Part shown: in pieces, positions 35,640 through 48,309 of the stretch
Layout of the letters: every line of letters starts with the position of its first letter
How positions within the stretch are numbered: the stretch's first letter is position 1
Assembly (NCBI RefSeq): GCF_964204645.1
Contig: NC_134035.1
Coordinates: 7,286,451 to 7,350,450 of the forward strand
Reading direction: 5' to 3'
Origin: Tubulanus polymorphus
Taxonomy: Eukaryota; Animalia; Nemertea
Length of the DNA: 64,000 nucleotides
The notes under the pieces: model-generated
Databases searched by the model: none
The model's input: only the letters and a program-made list of their open reading frames with translations
Told to the model about the DNA's origin: nothing
Translations under genes and position numbers: made by a program

Positions 35640-36069
35640 AATGATTCTTTCAATAATTTATCCTGCTCTTGAATTGTTATATCACCATTTAAACTTATTA
35701 TATAATCTAATGTATTTTTTGATTTATTAATTTCTTTTATATTAGATTTTATTTTGTTTCATTACGTTTTATATCTAATTTTGAACTTATACCAGTTAAA
35801 ACACTTGATGATAATCCTAGCACACCAATTGATATAGCTAAAGGTGTTAATGGTGAGAATATTGCTAGAAATGTTATTACAGAACTTATTGTAACTGAAC
35901 TAATAACTAAAAATAAAATAATATATAATTTTACTTTTTGAATATTTTTTCTTTTAAACTTTAAATAATTTTCAAATTCTAATATTTGTTTTTCAAAATA
36001 TAATTTTAATTTAGTTTTATTTATATCATGAGGAATAATATCATTATTATCAACCCATTTTTCACCCAT
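35640..36069 (-). pseudogene. Polinton two-TM protein
   Basis: LYIILFLVISSVTISSVITFLAIF, LAISIGVLGLSSSVLTGI. Confidence 0.55.
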
Positions 36070-36088
36070 TTATTTAGAAAAGAGATTA

Positions 36089-36511
36089 CTAATTAGTAAA
36101 TTTATATGCTACAAATATAACAATAACTGTTCCACCTAAAATCCAAATTATTTCATATTTCTTCAGTTCACTACTTGGGGTATAATAATCTGATAATTTA
36201 GGTTTATATAGATGTAATTTTTCTTTATTTTTTACTGCGTTGTATCAACTCATAGCTTAATCAACTGATTGAAAATCTCTATGTGTAATTTTCTGATTAT
36301 ATTATTCTTTATTGATGTAATCCATATAATTTTGTCTTTTTTCTCTATATTCTTCTGCAGCTTTACTGTATTTCTCTAATGCTAAGTTATGTCTTCTTTG
36401 TTCTGCTAATGGGCTATTTTAATCAATATGCTTAAATAAATATCCACCACCAGTAAATGCTAAAGCGTTAACAATTGCTGATCCTATAATAGTTATAATT
36501 GCAGATGCCAT
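36089..36511 (-). pseudogene. Polinton small membrane protein (hydrophobic N-terminus, coiled coil, C-terminal TM)
   Basis: Manual translation MASAIITIIGSAIVNALAFTGGGYLF...EQRRHNLALE...PKLSDYYTPS...IIWILGGTVIVIFVAYKF; several stops. Confidence 0.6.
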
Positions 36512-36534
36512 TTATTTAGTAAAAAAATACGCGT

Positions 36535-36741
36535 TTATATAGGAGGAATATATTTTTGTTTTTCTAAATAATTAATAGTCAAATAAGATAAAGCTACTGC
36601 TAACGTTAATTTTAAAATATCATTCATATCAAATCTATCAACATTAACACCATTCTAAATACTTTCTTCAATACCATTGTATAACCGACTGTTCCAACTG
36701 ACAATAATGCTCCATTATATGATCCACTTATTATCACTCAT
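36535..36741 (-). pseudogene. Polinton small two-helix membrane protein
   Basis: YNGALLSVGTVGYTMVLKKVF / DILKLTLAVALSYLTINYLEKQKYIP; two frameshifts. Confidence 0.5.
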
Positions 36742-37116
36742 TTATTTATCAAAAAAAATTACTATCTTTAAAATATTTTTTTGTTATGATTATTTCAACA
36801 TTTATTTCATTACTACTTTTATGATTATCATATATTTTAGATAATATGTTTTTAATATCATCGATAATAAAATCTTCATCTAATTCATAAAATCTTAAAG
36901 ACTCTCTAATTAAATCGGCAAACTTTTCTACAACATTAGTTTCTTTATTTATTGTTGTTTCATATTCAAATGTTCAAATGCATCATATTCAAATGCAATA
37001 TTTTTAATATGTGTTATTACATCATTAATATCAAATTTCATTTCTTTCTCACGTTTAAAATCAAATCCAAAGCATAAACTCGGTCCAACAGTTATATTCA
37101 TTTACATAGTGAAAAA

Positions 37117-37871
37117 TTACTCTTTACATCTTATAACTAATTCATAAATTACAGGAAAATTATTTAAATCAATTAAGTAACCATTATGATTTCTAGCTTC
37201 TAATCTAAAATTATAAAAATGTGGAATACAAGGTTTAAAATCACATTCAGTTAAATTATAATTTATTTGAGTTCCAAATTGTTTAACATCTTTTAATGGT
37301 AAAATATTTAATAAACCAGAATTACAAATTGTATCTTTAGTTGCTTCGAAAGTTTTTGTTGGGTCAATTAAATTGCAATAAATATAAAAGTGTGTAAAAG
37401 GTGTTATATTTGGCGTAGGATCAACATTTGAATAAACTTTATTTGGATTAACTCCTAGCATTATAGCTTATGGTTTTCTTACTATGAATTTATGTTGTTC
37501 ATAAGTTAACTGTATTCTTATTCTATTAGAACTATCAATTTCAATAAATTTATGTTAAACCCAACAGATTCACCCACCTTTAACCGAGCTCTTCTATTAA
37601 TTTCTTGAGATAACGTTTCTAAATTATATAATCCTGGTCTTAGAAATAGATGATACCATTTATTCATATTTCTATCATGAATCATAAACAATCTATGATC
37701 TAAACTTTTATCCGATACATTATAAAAAGAGTTACATAAACTTCAATTAACTAATTTTTAATCTACACAATTTTAAAATTCCCTATGTAATTGTACTAGT
37801 AAATTATGTGATTTATAATTTGTAAGTCTTCTTGAATCAACAAATATTCTATATTCTTTTAATTCTACCAT
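37117..37871 (-). pseudogene. Minor capsid (penton-like) protein
   Basis: NSFYNVS, RPGLYN, HFYIYCNLID, GLLNILP, GYLIDLNNFPVIYELVI. Confidence 0.65.
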
Positions 37872-37958
37872 TTATTTTATATATTTTATTCGAAATCTAT
37901 ATCATGCTGCCCTTTTCATTCTTACACTTAAATAAAACTTGCCTACCCCGATTTCCTA

Positions 37959-38522
37959 TTGAAAAAAGCTCTACTTAAAGCTCGTACTACGCATTTTAGA
38001 AATAACAACCTTAGAACTCCTACGTTGGCTACCGATAAACAGCCTATCATTGTACCGTATGTACCTTTCCTCGAGAATTCTAAAGTTTCTCTTCGGTCAC
38101 TAAATAAACAACTTATCTTTAAATACAATAATAAACTTAGTAACATATTGATTAATAACAAACCGAAAACCGAATCCCTAAACTGTGGAATTTATAAAAT
38201 ACCTTGTAAAGTTTGCGACAAAGTATATATAGGAGAAACAGGTCGGAATCTTAATCAACGCATAAAAGAGCATAAATTAGATGTAAAAAACTTTAAACCT
38301 GAAAGCGGAGTTGCTAGTCATGTTTTTCAGACTTCACACAATTTTGATTTTGCTAATGCTGAATTAATTTACCCTTGCAGCGATAAAACTAGAAGACATA
38401 TTTTGGAATCTGCATTAATTATTGAAAATTCGAACCACGTTGTAAACCTTAACAATGGTTTTTCACCCCATAATAAACTTATATCAAAATTCCTCTGTAA
38501 ACTGGTTAAACTCAACACTTGA
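37959..38522 (+). pseudogene. Penelope GIY-YIG endonuclease (C-terminal fragment)
   Basis: IVPYV...CGIYKIPCKVCDKVYIGETGRNLNQRIKEH...RHILESALI. Confidence 0.9.
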
Positions 38523-38839
38523 TTTCCCCTTTGATTATTTGTTATTTGTTCTCTCATCAATTTCGTCTCTGACTTAACTTGTATTCACCTTTGTTTTAAC
38601 TTAAGTGCCCCCTAGTTTGTCTTTCTTTTTACTACTGACTTTAAGTTTCATTTATATTTATACTCACTTACCGTCTATTGTTGTTTATAATCACCCCTTA
38701 GTTTGCTTCCCTTTAATCTATTTTAGTGTGTAACTGTTTCTACGTTAATTTTCCTTTAGTTCGTATCATCTCTGATTACTTTAATTAGTCTCTTTGTTTC
38801 TGGATTGTATATATATCTCATAATTTCTGTAGTATCTCA

Positions 38840-38887
38840 TTATTCCTGAAGATGACTATTAGGATATAGTCGAAAAGTTGAAATAAA
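38840..38887 (+). ncRNA. Hammerhead ribozyme copy with stem III mutation
   Basis: ctgaagatgactattaggatatagtcgaaaagtt (GAAAC to GAAAA versus the 8-kb copies). Confidence 0.6.
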
Positions 38888-39333
38888 CTACTATCTCGAA
38901 GTTTCTTTTTCGGACTTTTTATTATCATTGTGGGATTCTCTCCTCATCGCGTCAACACGAATATAGTGTTCTACCAATCGTGATTAAATATGAAATAGAA
39001 ATCCCCAGAACATAAATCTTCTAGATCTTCACTCGATAATCTGTGAAATCTATCTGGTGAATATGTTCTGAATTTATATTTATTTCCTTTCAATCCTTCA
39101 TATTCTAAGTATAACTAATTTATCTCCATATTTGTTAGTAACTGTATCAATATTTGTAATTAAATATTTCTTATGAATTGTTAGTTCATTTAACTTCTTA
39201 AATTTATAATCTAATAATCTGATTTAGCATTTGTGATATCTTTTATTCTATTTAAGAATGATTTGTTGTTCTGCACTGTGTACTTGTTTGCTCTCCATTT
39301 TAATAACTTTTCTTAATAAACCCGATTAACATG

Positions 39334-42300
39334 TTAGAATCCATCTTCTCTTTTAAATTTTAAGTATTCATCTAAATTGCAACCATACGCGACTGTGTGT
39401 ATACCATCATCGAAAATATATCTTTTATCAGCAAATGGATTCAAACTTATCTTCTCTATCTCTTCAATAAACATCTCGTGATCTTCTGATCTTAAACATT
39501 TCATCTTATGTTTTCTAACTTCTTCATTAAATATACAATTGATGTAATCTTTGAAATGAATGTTTTTTTTCTACTACACTTTTGGTTATACCTTTCAATT
39601 TCTTTGATTCATGTTCTTTAGTTCTATAACTATACATTTTAGATCGAATACCTATTCTATCATTTCTTCACCTCCTAATTCATCTTTGAATTTACCGGGC
39701 ACCTTTTTATTATCAGTATTATATAATTCATGATTTTTAGGATAATTACTTAAGTCGAAATGATGTTTTAATGTTTTTAAATCATCTGTTATGTTATTAG
39801 TTTTAATCTTTAATATGTAACTATCGGTATCAAAATATAAGATTTCTATATGCTTTTCTCCAAAATGAGGTTGTAATACGTTATAGTAAAATTCATACAT
39901 TAATAATTTTGATATTTCTAAAACTGAATCTCCAACATGAATTGGTTTATTAAATTTCATAGAAGTTCTCCTCATTTTAACTGCAGCTAAATTTTCATCA
40001 AATATTCTGTTACCAATAAATTTAGGATATGTTTGTAAATGCCTTATCCTTTTTCCATTACTAACTAACTTAATATCATTTCTATTTCTAATACTTTCAC
40101 AAGTCTTACCATAGAATGCATTATTCACTAACTTAAAAAAATCTTTCTCAAAATCAGTTTTAGCTTTAGTTCTCTGTTTGGTGTTAAAATCTATATATTT
40201 TTCTACCCATTTAGATTGATTGAATGAAATATATCTAGTATGTACTTTTTTTGAATCATTCTTTGATTCAAATAAAACTTCAACATTCTTTAATGCACTA
40301 CATAATTGTTTTTATCCTCCTGAGTTACCATTAACTTTTCTGTATGAATATGATTTTCAGGTTTAATTCTTTTTTGATAGTTTGATAATTCTTCATGTGT
40401 TTTAATATCTTTAATTCATTTTAATATCTTTAATTCATCGTCAACTAATGATTTTGATAAATTATCTAATGAACTATTAAAAAATCTATATGAATATATA
40501 AATCTTGGGCATCAAAATTGGAAATATATATAATTCTCAGATGTTTTAGCTAACATTTTAAATTTATAAGTTGGTATTTTAGCAACATCTTTTGATCTAT
40601 TTGAATTTCATCTTTCTATTTCATTATTGATTTCTTCTATTTTATGACAAAGCTGTTTGATAAATAAATGTGCATCATACCCTGATAAATTATGAAATAT
40701 AACTGGAACAAAATTAATTTTCTTAGCTTGTAAGTTACAATTCTCATGCGCTGCGCCTCTAAACTTTCCATTCAAATGATCATGATCTCTAACTTTTTTA
40801 TCTTTGAAATTAAATGTCTTTTCACAATAAAAACATTTATCAGCAAACTCAAATTCTTCTTTATCTTCTTCTGTGATAATTATTTTTTTATTTTCAGTTA
40901 ACTTTTCATTAAATTTTATTTCATATTCAATTAATAAGTCACAAAAATGATTGATAACATTTTCATTTCTGTAATGATAATATTCACTTTTGATTAGTCC
41001 CGGATAATCAGATTTTGTATTTAACCCGAAAGCTGCAGCTGATTGGTGAATCTTTTTAATAGTATTTGTTATTGGAGGATCTGAATAATCAATTAAATCA
41101 TTTTCATTATAATTTGATTTCTTTCTTTTATGATATATTTCTTTTCTATCTTGATCAGTTAATTCCTTATTTAGTGATTCAAAACCTCCATATATAACAA
41201 ATGGTACTTTATTCTTGTAATCATATTTTTTGAATGCTAATATCTTATCTTTTTCATTTGGTAAAATCATTTTACAATAATCATGATTATCGCATAATTG
41301 TTTATGATTTAATAATGCACTTTCATTACTGAATTTATGTAAACATTTTCTACATAGATATATTTTATTATCAAAATCATTTTCTGATTTGAAAAATAAA
41401 TCAATTCTTTTAATCCACATATAATGATTTTCATAATATAATATATGTATAACATCATTTGAATCATAATCTTTTGATAGGTATAAATGTTCTAATGTAT
41501 AATGTTTAATATTATTACCTTTTGTTTTTGGTAATTTGATTATATCGAATACATCTATCTCTAAATTATTATTTCTTTCTATTTTTGGGATATTTTTAAT
41601 TCTAACAGGATAATTGTCTATCTTATAATTATTTTCAAATGGTTTATAATGTGTTAATCTAAAACTATGTTGTTTATAATCTTCAACTGGGTGTAAGCAA
41701 CTAATTATTGCCCATAGAAAACATTTATCATCTTCATTTTGTAGATTTATAACAGCAGTAGTTTTAAATGGCAATTAGATATAACTTTATCCATTTATAT
41801 TATCATCTTTATAATATGATAAATTATTTTCATCTAATGGTTTTGATTTAGTTAATTTATTATATTTTATATAGTACACATGAAGTCATAAACATTATTT
41901 CATCAAATATTAAACCAAATCCTTCAAAATATTTCGCTTCTATTTTATTTTTTATTTCACTTTAACTTTAACTGATATGCTAATTTTAGGGTATTCAACA
42001 TCAGTAATTATTTTCATAATATTTTTCATATTTTCTTAATGTTTTTTATTTTCTTCTAATGTTTTAACTTTATGAAAATTAAATTCAATTGCAGCTGGTC
42101 CTATATCACTTTTAAATGCTTCAGTTATCTCTATTTCTTTTTTATTATCTAATGAATTAATATAATTTCTTACATCATTTTTTTAATTGTCTTCTGTTTC
42201 TTATCATTATATTTATCAAAATAATCTTCACCTAAAATATCATTATTAATATTTCAAATATGACTTTTAGAATTTAAATGTTCTTTATAATATCTTTTAT

Positions 42301-42505
42301 CACTGAATGATTGAATACGTGTTTCACATTTGTATATTTCTTTTTCATTCTTTAATTCTTCTAATTTAGTTTCTAATATATCATCTTTATATTCGAATTT
42401 TAATTTATTTTCTAAGTGAGATTTAGTTTTATTATGTCATGCTTTTTGAGATTTATCTATATTAATTTTACATGTTGAACAGTAGTACTTGTTATTTGCT
42501 TCCAT
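39334..42505 (-). pseudogene. Protein-primed family B DNA polymerase, internally deleted and frameshifted
   Basis: NEDDKCFLWAI, VPFVIY..FES, CFYC...VRDHDHLNGKFRGAAHENCNL, VIFHNLSGYDAH, FFKLVNNAFYGKT, YFDTDS, PGKFKDE, PFADKRY. Confidence 0.9.
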
Positions 42506-42695
42506 TTTAATATCAAATTTTTTATTAGAATTGATTTTAGAAGTTATTCATATATAAAATATTCATTTATATATGTTATTCATTTATATATGTTGTTCAT
42601 TTATAAAAATATTAGAGTATATAGGAAAGTCTTGGTTCAATAAATTCGAGCGTGCGAGAATTTATTCTTATTTTTTATGAGCTCGACCATATACT
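42465..42695. repeat. Right TIR of the Polinton with terminal 80-bp hairpin
   Basis: Matches left TIR; 42616-42695 agtatatagg...aataaattc/gaatttatt...ccatatact. Confidence 0.8.
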
Positions 42696-43080
42696 AATGC
42701 CGATTACCGCTATCAGTTTAATTTTAGAAACGAACCTGAGGAGATAACCGATAAATACCCTTACCTTGGTGTCATCTTTCAAAAGAATGGCAACTTTTAT
42801 GAAGCCAGAAAGGAGCTCTTTAACACGGCAAGGCGCTCTATGTACGCCTTGATTCATAAACGTAAACGACTATAACAACACCAAGCTCAGCACAATACTC
42901 TATAAAATCCTCCTTCGCCTTAAGCACCAAAATCAATTCAATTCGAAGTGGATTATAAACGTTGAGAATATTTTTAATCAGTGCGGACTTGTATATGTGT
43001 GGCTTGGCCAGCAACCAGTCAATACATAATAGATTAAGTCAAGGGTCCACGCGTTATTGTGTGACCAGTATAGACAAAGG
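42696..43080 (+). pseudogene. Old LINE RT remnant, right of the Polinton
   Basis: QFNFRNEPEEITDKYPYLGVIFQKNGNFYEARKEL...; later NVENIFNQCGLVYVW. Confidence 0.7.
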
Positions 43081-43084
43081 TCAC

Positions 43085-44790
43085 AAATCACATTTTCAAC
43101 CGTAATTTTGCAACCATGTCACCTAGACCGGTAAAATTGGTGTTTTCATATACTAAATCGTGGTCAAACTGTCGGATAATATCATTTTTATTCAATTTTG
43201 ACCTATTATTTTGCCGTTATTAAAATTACGGTTGAAAATGAGTTTTTTAGTAATGGTGATGACGATTTTGACAAACCGCCATATTTCAAATTTAAAAGGT
43301 ATGTTCTTATTTGTGTCTTTAAATTACTTTACTCCTACCACCATAGACTAAACCGAGACAATTGGTAACCTTTGTGTCATGATTTTAATTCAGGAGACAT
43401 TTTGCCCACCCGCCAATACAGTTTTTATGCGTTTCAATAGTTTTTGCATACTGTTGCCTAGCAACCGACAACAATGATAGTTAAGTTGTGTAACACGATG
43501 TTAAACATTTGACAATTTAAGATATCTGGACTAATTAAGCAAATATTTTACTTATTTATCTGCATATTGCATTTCGTGATTTCTATAAAACAAGTAAAAC
43601 ATAAACAAAACCGGAATATGGTAATTAAAAACAGCAACTTAAAGCACACCTATAGGTGAAAAAATCAGAGTGGCAACAGGCATTTTCATGAACTATCAGA
43701 TCTAATCTATTGATTTATGTATGTTGCCAACCATTAACAAACTAGGGGTCGAGGGACACCATGCCCACTTGGGAAGTGGTTTCAAATGCTCAAAAATCTA
43801 ACAATTTCAATATTCAACGCCCCCTGGTGACCATATACAAAAACCTATGACCTTGAAACTAACCACAATCATAGAATGTGTCAGCAGCTACAATTTTGTA
43901 ATTGATTGTGATAACAAAATTTACCTCGTTACCAATTTAATATGGAAATACTAAGTTATTCTACTATTCAATGCCCCCTGGTGACCATATTCCAAACCAA
44001 ATGTCCTTGAAACTCACCACAATCGTTGAACATGTCATGAGCTACAACTTTGCAATTGGTCATGGTAACAAAATATGTCTAGGTACCAATGTAATAAGGA
44101 AATACTAAGTTATTCTACTATTCAACGCCCCCCTAGTGACCATATAGAATAACCAATGTCCTTGAAACTGACCACAATCATAGAAGATTTCATAAGCTAC
44201 ATTTTTTGCCATTGATTGTGGTAACAAAATATGCATTGGTACAAATATAATAAAGAAATACTTAGATATTGTATTATTCAACGCCCCTGGTGGCCATATA
44301 CAAATACCAATGACATTGAAACTCACCATGCACAATCATAGAACACGTAATGAGCTGCAACTTTCTAATTCATTGTGGTAACAAAATATGCTTAGGTATC
44401 AATATAATGGCGAAAAACTTTTTTCACCTATGAATGAGTACTGATGACACCAAGATGGCCGCCAATTGCGTCATAATTGGCTGATCAAAAATACCTGTCC
44501 CAAGTATAAACATCCCTTTCCAAAGAATACCTATCAGCAATTGCAATGAGAAATGGCAAACCAGCAGGAAGCTACAGGACTCAGAGTTCGGGCCAAAATT
44601 GACATTTTTGGGCACTTAAAAGTCATAGGACGGCCATCTTTGAGTCCTATCAACCAAATTCTCGGCAGGCCGACTACAACAGAATAATCGGATATCTACG
44701 ACTTAGGCAGCTTGCTAACATAGGTCCTAGATCGTAAATATACGTAAATATACAATATTGGAAGAAATTAATTTTAGATGACTACGAGAG
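43085..44790 (+). mobile_element. Second, truncated copy of the foldback+HINE composite
   Basis: Colinear with 3086-4790 and 5156-5287; four ~154-bp repeats at 43811, 43965, 44119, 44275. Confidence 0.85.
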
Positions 44791-44989
44791 ATGGTTAGAT
44801 GGATAGATAGATATTTATTTTTTCGTAAACCGTACATTCGATATAATTGATAATCGATACAATTATTATTATTTTTTTCATAAATACATGATGTAGGTTC
44901 CCAGGGATACAGCGCGAGCCGAAAGGCTGTACTTAAAAGGCACTGAAACCCTGGCATTATTGGTGCAATTGTGTACAAAAGAGATATAG

Positions 44990-45345
44990 TAATAATAACA
45001 ATTATAATAACAATAACAATAACAATAACAAAACAATAACAAGACAATAACAAAACAATAACAAGACAATAACAAAACAATAACAAAACAATAACAATAA
45101 CAATAACACTAACAATAAACAATAACAATAACAATAAACAATAAATAATAAATAATAAATGATAATAATAATAATCAGGAATACAATAGGGTTTCTGCGA
45201 AGGCAGATGAAACCCTAATAATAATAGCAGAATTACAATAGGGTTTCTGCGAAAGCAACAGAAACCCTCATAATAATAATATTGATAATAATAATAATCA
45301 ACAGAATTACAATACGATTTCTGCGAAGCAGCGGAAACCCTAATG
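44990..45345. repeat. (AACAAT/AAT)n low-complexity tract with three short hairpin units
   Basis: aataacaat runs; agggtttctgcgaa...gaaaccct repeated at ~45187, ~45240, ~45315. Confidence 0.8.
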
Positions 45346-45729
45346 AAGAAAAAATGTTCATTGTCGGTTCGAACTTGATATGACTGGTACAACTACGTCA
45401 ATGCGTTATATCACAATAAGCAAGACCCTGCAAGTTACTTTCGATATGGCAGGGATCGGAACAAGCACTATGAGACTATTCAATAAAAGTTAACTTGAAC
45501 TTACGTGTATCAGATTCAAACCCTCTTATCTAAACTCACTGATATAAAACGAGTTTCTTGTTCTCAAATGCTACGGAACATGAAATACTCAGAAGACACT
45601 TCATACATGTATTATACAACATATGCCTCTCAACACTTAGTTTGTTTGACGATTAGGTTGATTATACTAATAGAAGTATTGTCAACTGTATAAAACCCTC
45701 TAGCCCTACATTAGTGGTGACATTCGTTC

Positions 45730-45894
45730 CCCGCCGAAGGTCACGCAACATAAAACCTGACCGCAGACCCTTCATTTGTCTATTACACTGCCCAAGATTT
45801 CTTGGATGCGGCGACCTGGCAACCTGTCCACCCAAGAAATCCTAGGCGTGATAAACCAAAAGCCAGGGTTCGTGTTGGCGTGAGCTTCGGCGGG
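45730..45894. mobile_element. Degenerate palindromic MITE
   Basis: cccgccgaaggtcacgc / gcgtgagcttcggcggg and inner gatttcttgg / ccaagaaatc. Confidence 0.5.
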
Positions 45895-46338
45895 AGGCAA
45901 TCAAACCCTGGCAAGCGAAGAGTTACTGAGTAACATATAACTGCTAAATATAGTAACACGATGAAAATTTGGGTTGTTGGGTCTTGTTATATTTTGTATT
46001 TTATATTTTTCGACTTCATGTGATCCATAAGGCTTGCACGATATACTAGTATACTAGAGAAATGTATATATCACATGTATGAACCTTACGGAATTTTTCT
46101 TCGAGCGATTTGAAAATTCACAAAACAGCATATAGATATTGGGGCCTAGACACGGAATAGACAATTTTCAAAAATTGATAGCCAGCTGATAAAACAAGGC
46201 GAGTTTCTGTTATTCTGGATATAATGACGTGTCTGCGCAGGATACTAGAAGTGAGAGCTTTAAAAAATTACGATCATTGACACTTGCCACGTCGTCGCTA
46301 TTCGTAAAATATATTCATAGATAACCAGGTGAAATAAG

Positions 46339-47451
46339 ATGGATATGAGAAATATTTCAACGACTCTACAACCGACCGCAGTTATGTGGTCCGGACACTG
46401 CGAAGAGGCTCTGAATACCGAACCGATCCGCTGGGATCTGAAATTTAGTTTACATGTATATTTTCTGTTACGGACCCGTCACGATACTCGGCATCGCTTT
46501 GAACACCATCACAATTCTAGTGTTGAAGAAGATGAACAATCCTGTGTATAATTTGATCAAAGTTTTAGGTATTTTTGATCTATCCTATAGTATAAGTGTA
46601 TTCATCATGTACCCTCTACGTACAATACACATTAATTTTATATACATTTAGGAGACGTTCTCCTTCACCGCGATGACTGGCATTACGGTTGGGAATTCAT
46701 ACAAGTGGCTTATGGACTATATTCTGTTCTTCAACAAACTCGGAACTGGTGCGTCCTGCTCATTAGTTTCGAAAGGCTTGTCATTACGCTTTTCCCCTTA
46801 AAATCACAATTATTCTGGACTCGAAAAGTTGTGAATTTTCTAGTATTTTCTATTACTACGTATGCTTTTCTTTGTTATTTTCCGAACATGCTACCGAAAT
46901 GGAAACTTCACCCATATGCTTGTATTAAGGGCGATGCTGGGGTGACGCTTGTCCGTGGCAGACGTTTTACCTACTATAGAAGAGTACTTATGAAATGGCA
47001 GAAGTATTCAAATGCCTGGACAGGAACACTATCCAGTATAATAGCACCGATGTGTTCACTGATCCTTTTCAATTTGATTCTAATAATCAGTTTGATGACC
47101 AGTAAATTATTGAGCAGAAAAACCTTGAATAGGAGTGCCGCTGCCAAGGGTTTAGAACTGAGAGTTTTAAGAATGTCGTTTGCTTTAGTTTTTGTATACA
47201 TCACCTGCGAATCATTGATCTTTATTGGAAATCTGGCCTATGGCAGGGACGAGCGCCTAATCATTTTCCAACCTATTCCCGGTTTGGTCGAATCACAATC
47301 ATTATATGTTTACCGTAAAATCGCTATAGCTCTGACCGTCGTCGATCCCTGTTTAAACTTTGTCGTCTATTGTTTTACCAACAATAAATTCAGATTCGCT
47401 GCGAAGAAATTGATCGTAGGAACTTTTGTCTATTCGAAATTGGTTCATTAA
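46339..47451 (+). pseudogene. Intronless rhodopsin-class peptide GPCR (FMRFamide-receptor-like), two frameshifts
   Basis: GIALN (TM1), LGIFD (TM2), TRNWCVLLISFERL (TM3), FPLK, IAP..LILFN, VYITCE, DPCLNFVVYCFTNNKFR (TM7/H8). Confidence 0.8.
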
Positions 47452-48309
47452 ATTGTTGTACACACTCTCCTTAAAACTATAGCATTTCACATATATTAGT
47501 CTAGCCCTAGTTTTATTCTTTAACTTATCTTATCAAAACAGCTGATAAATTCTGTCATAAGAGTGGAATTTCTCAGTTTATGACGAGGGATACGACAACA
47601 ATATTGACAATATGAAATCTGGAGTTTACAGAAATTAGAAAAGAAATACAAACTCCACACAGTGTTCATTCGTCGCCAACGAAAACCAAAACTATGCTTC
47701 ATGCACAGAATGAAACGATGGTTCTGTGACCTTTCTTTTACTGATTTTAACCATCTAACTCGGGTTTCGTTAAACCTATAAATGTTGCACTTTTGCAAAT
47801 GTTACACTCGTTATCTCTGAAATCGCATCGTTTTGAATTAACTCCAAAAAAACGTTAGAAATTTAATTTTCTAATGGGTAAAACAAATTTATTGTTGGAA
47901 ATGTTTTGGTAGCTAAATTTACTATATTTGGGCCTAGGGTGAGTGGTTAAATATTGATATCAGGATATCAGCCGGGTATTCTATGGATGCAAGGACCGAC
48001 GGATCCAATAAAATCGGGTCGATTTTGCCATGTTTTGAAATATCTGACGAGTACCGATCAGCTAACCGGGTCAGTCATTGTCGGCAAAAACCGGCAAGCT
48101 TTACCCCAGGCTTCAGCCACACAATGTAAATGTTTACAGCGAATATCTAGTGTCGATAATTACTTACTTTCATGCAGTACTGTAAACTCGATTGCAAATT
48201 CTAGAGATTTGCATTTTTCATAGTAAAATCTTAATGACATGTACTACACCTTTCAGGGCTTGGTCGAGTTCATCTCTATCCGTCATTGTTTTCGTCTGCC
48301 TCGAAGTCC

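Larger units (their letters stand above)
37886..38984 (+). mobile_element. 5'-truncated Penelope-like element inserted in the Polinton
   Basis: RT thumb end, GIY-YIG domain and pLTR nearly identical to 8180-8637. Confidence 0.85.
28273..42695. mobile_element. Polinton/Maverick (adintovirus-like endogenous virus), decayed
   Basis: rve integrase, packaging ATPase, major and minor capsid, protein-primed PolB, TIRs, visibly higher AT content than flanks, inserted into a LINE remnant with degenerate 6-bp TSD aacgct/aatgcc. Confidence 0.92.

Noticed and set aside
44727-45392. 221-aa hydrophobic ORF
   Set aside because: Translation of an (ATTGTT)n tract
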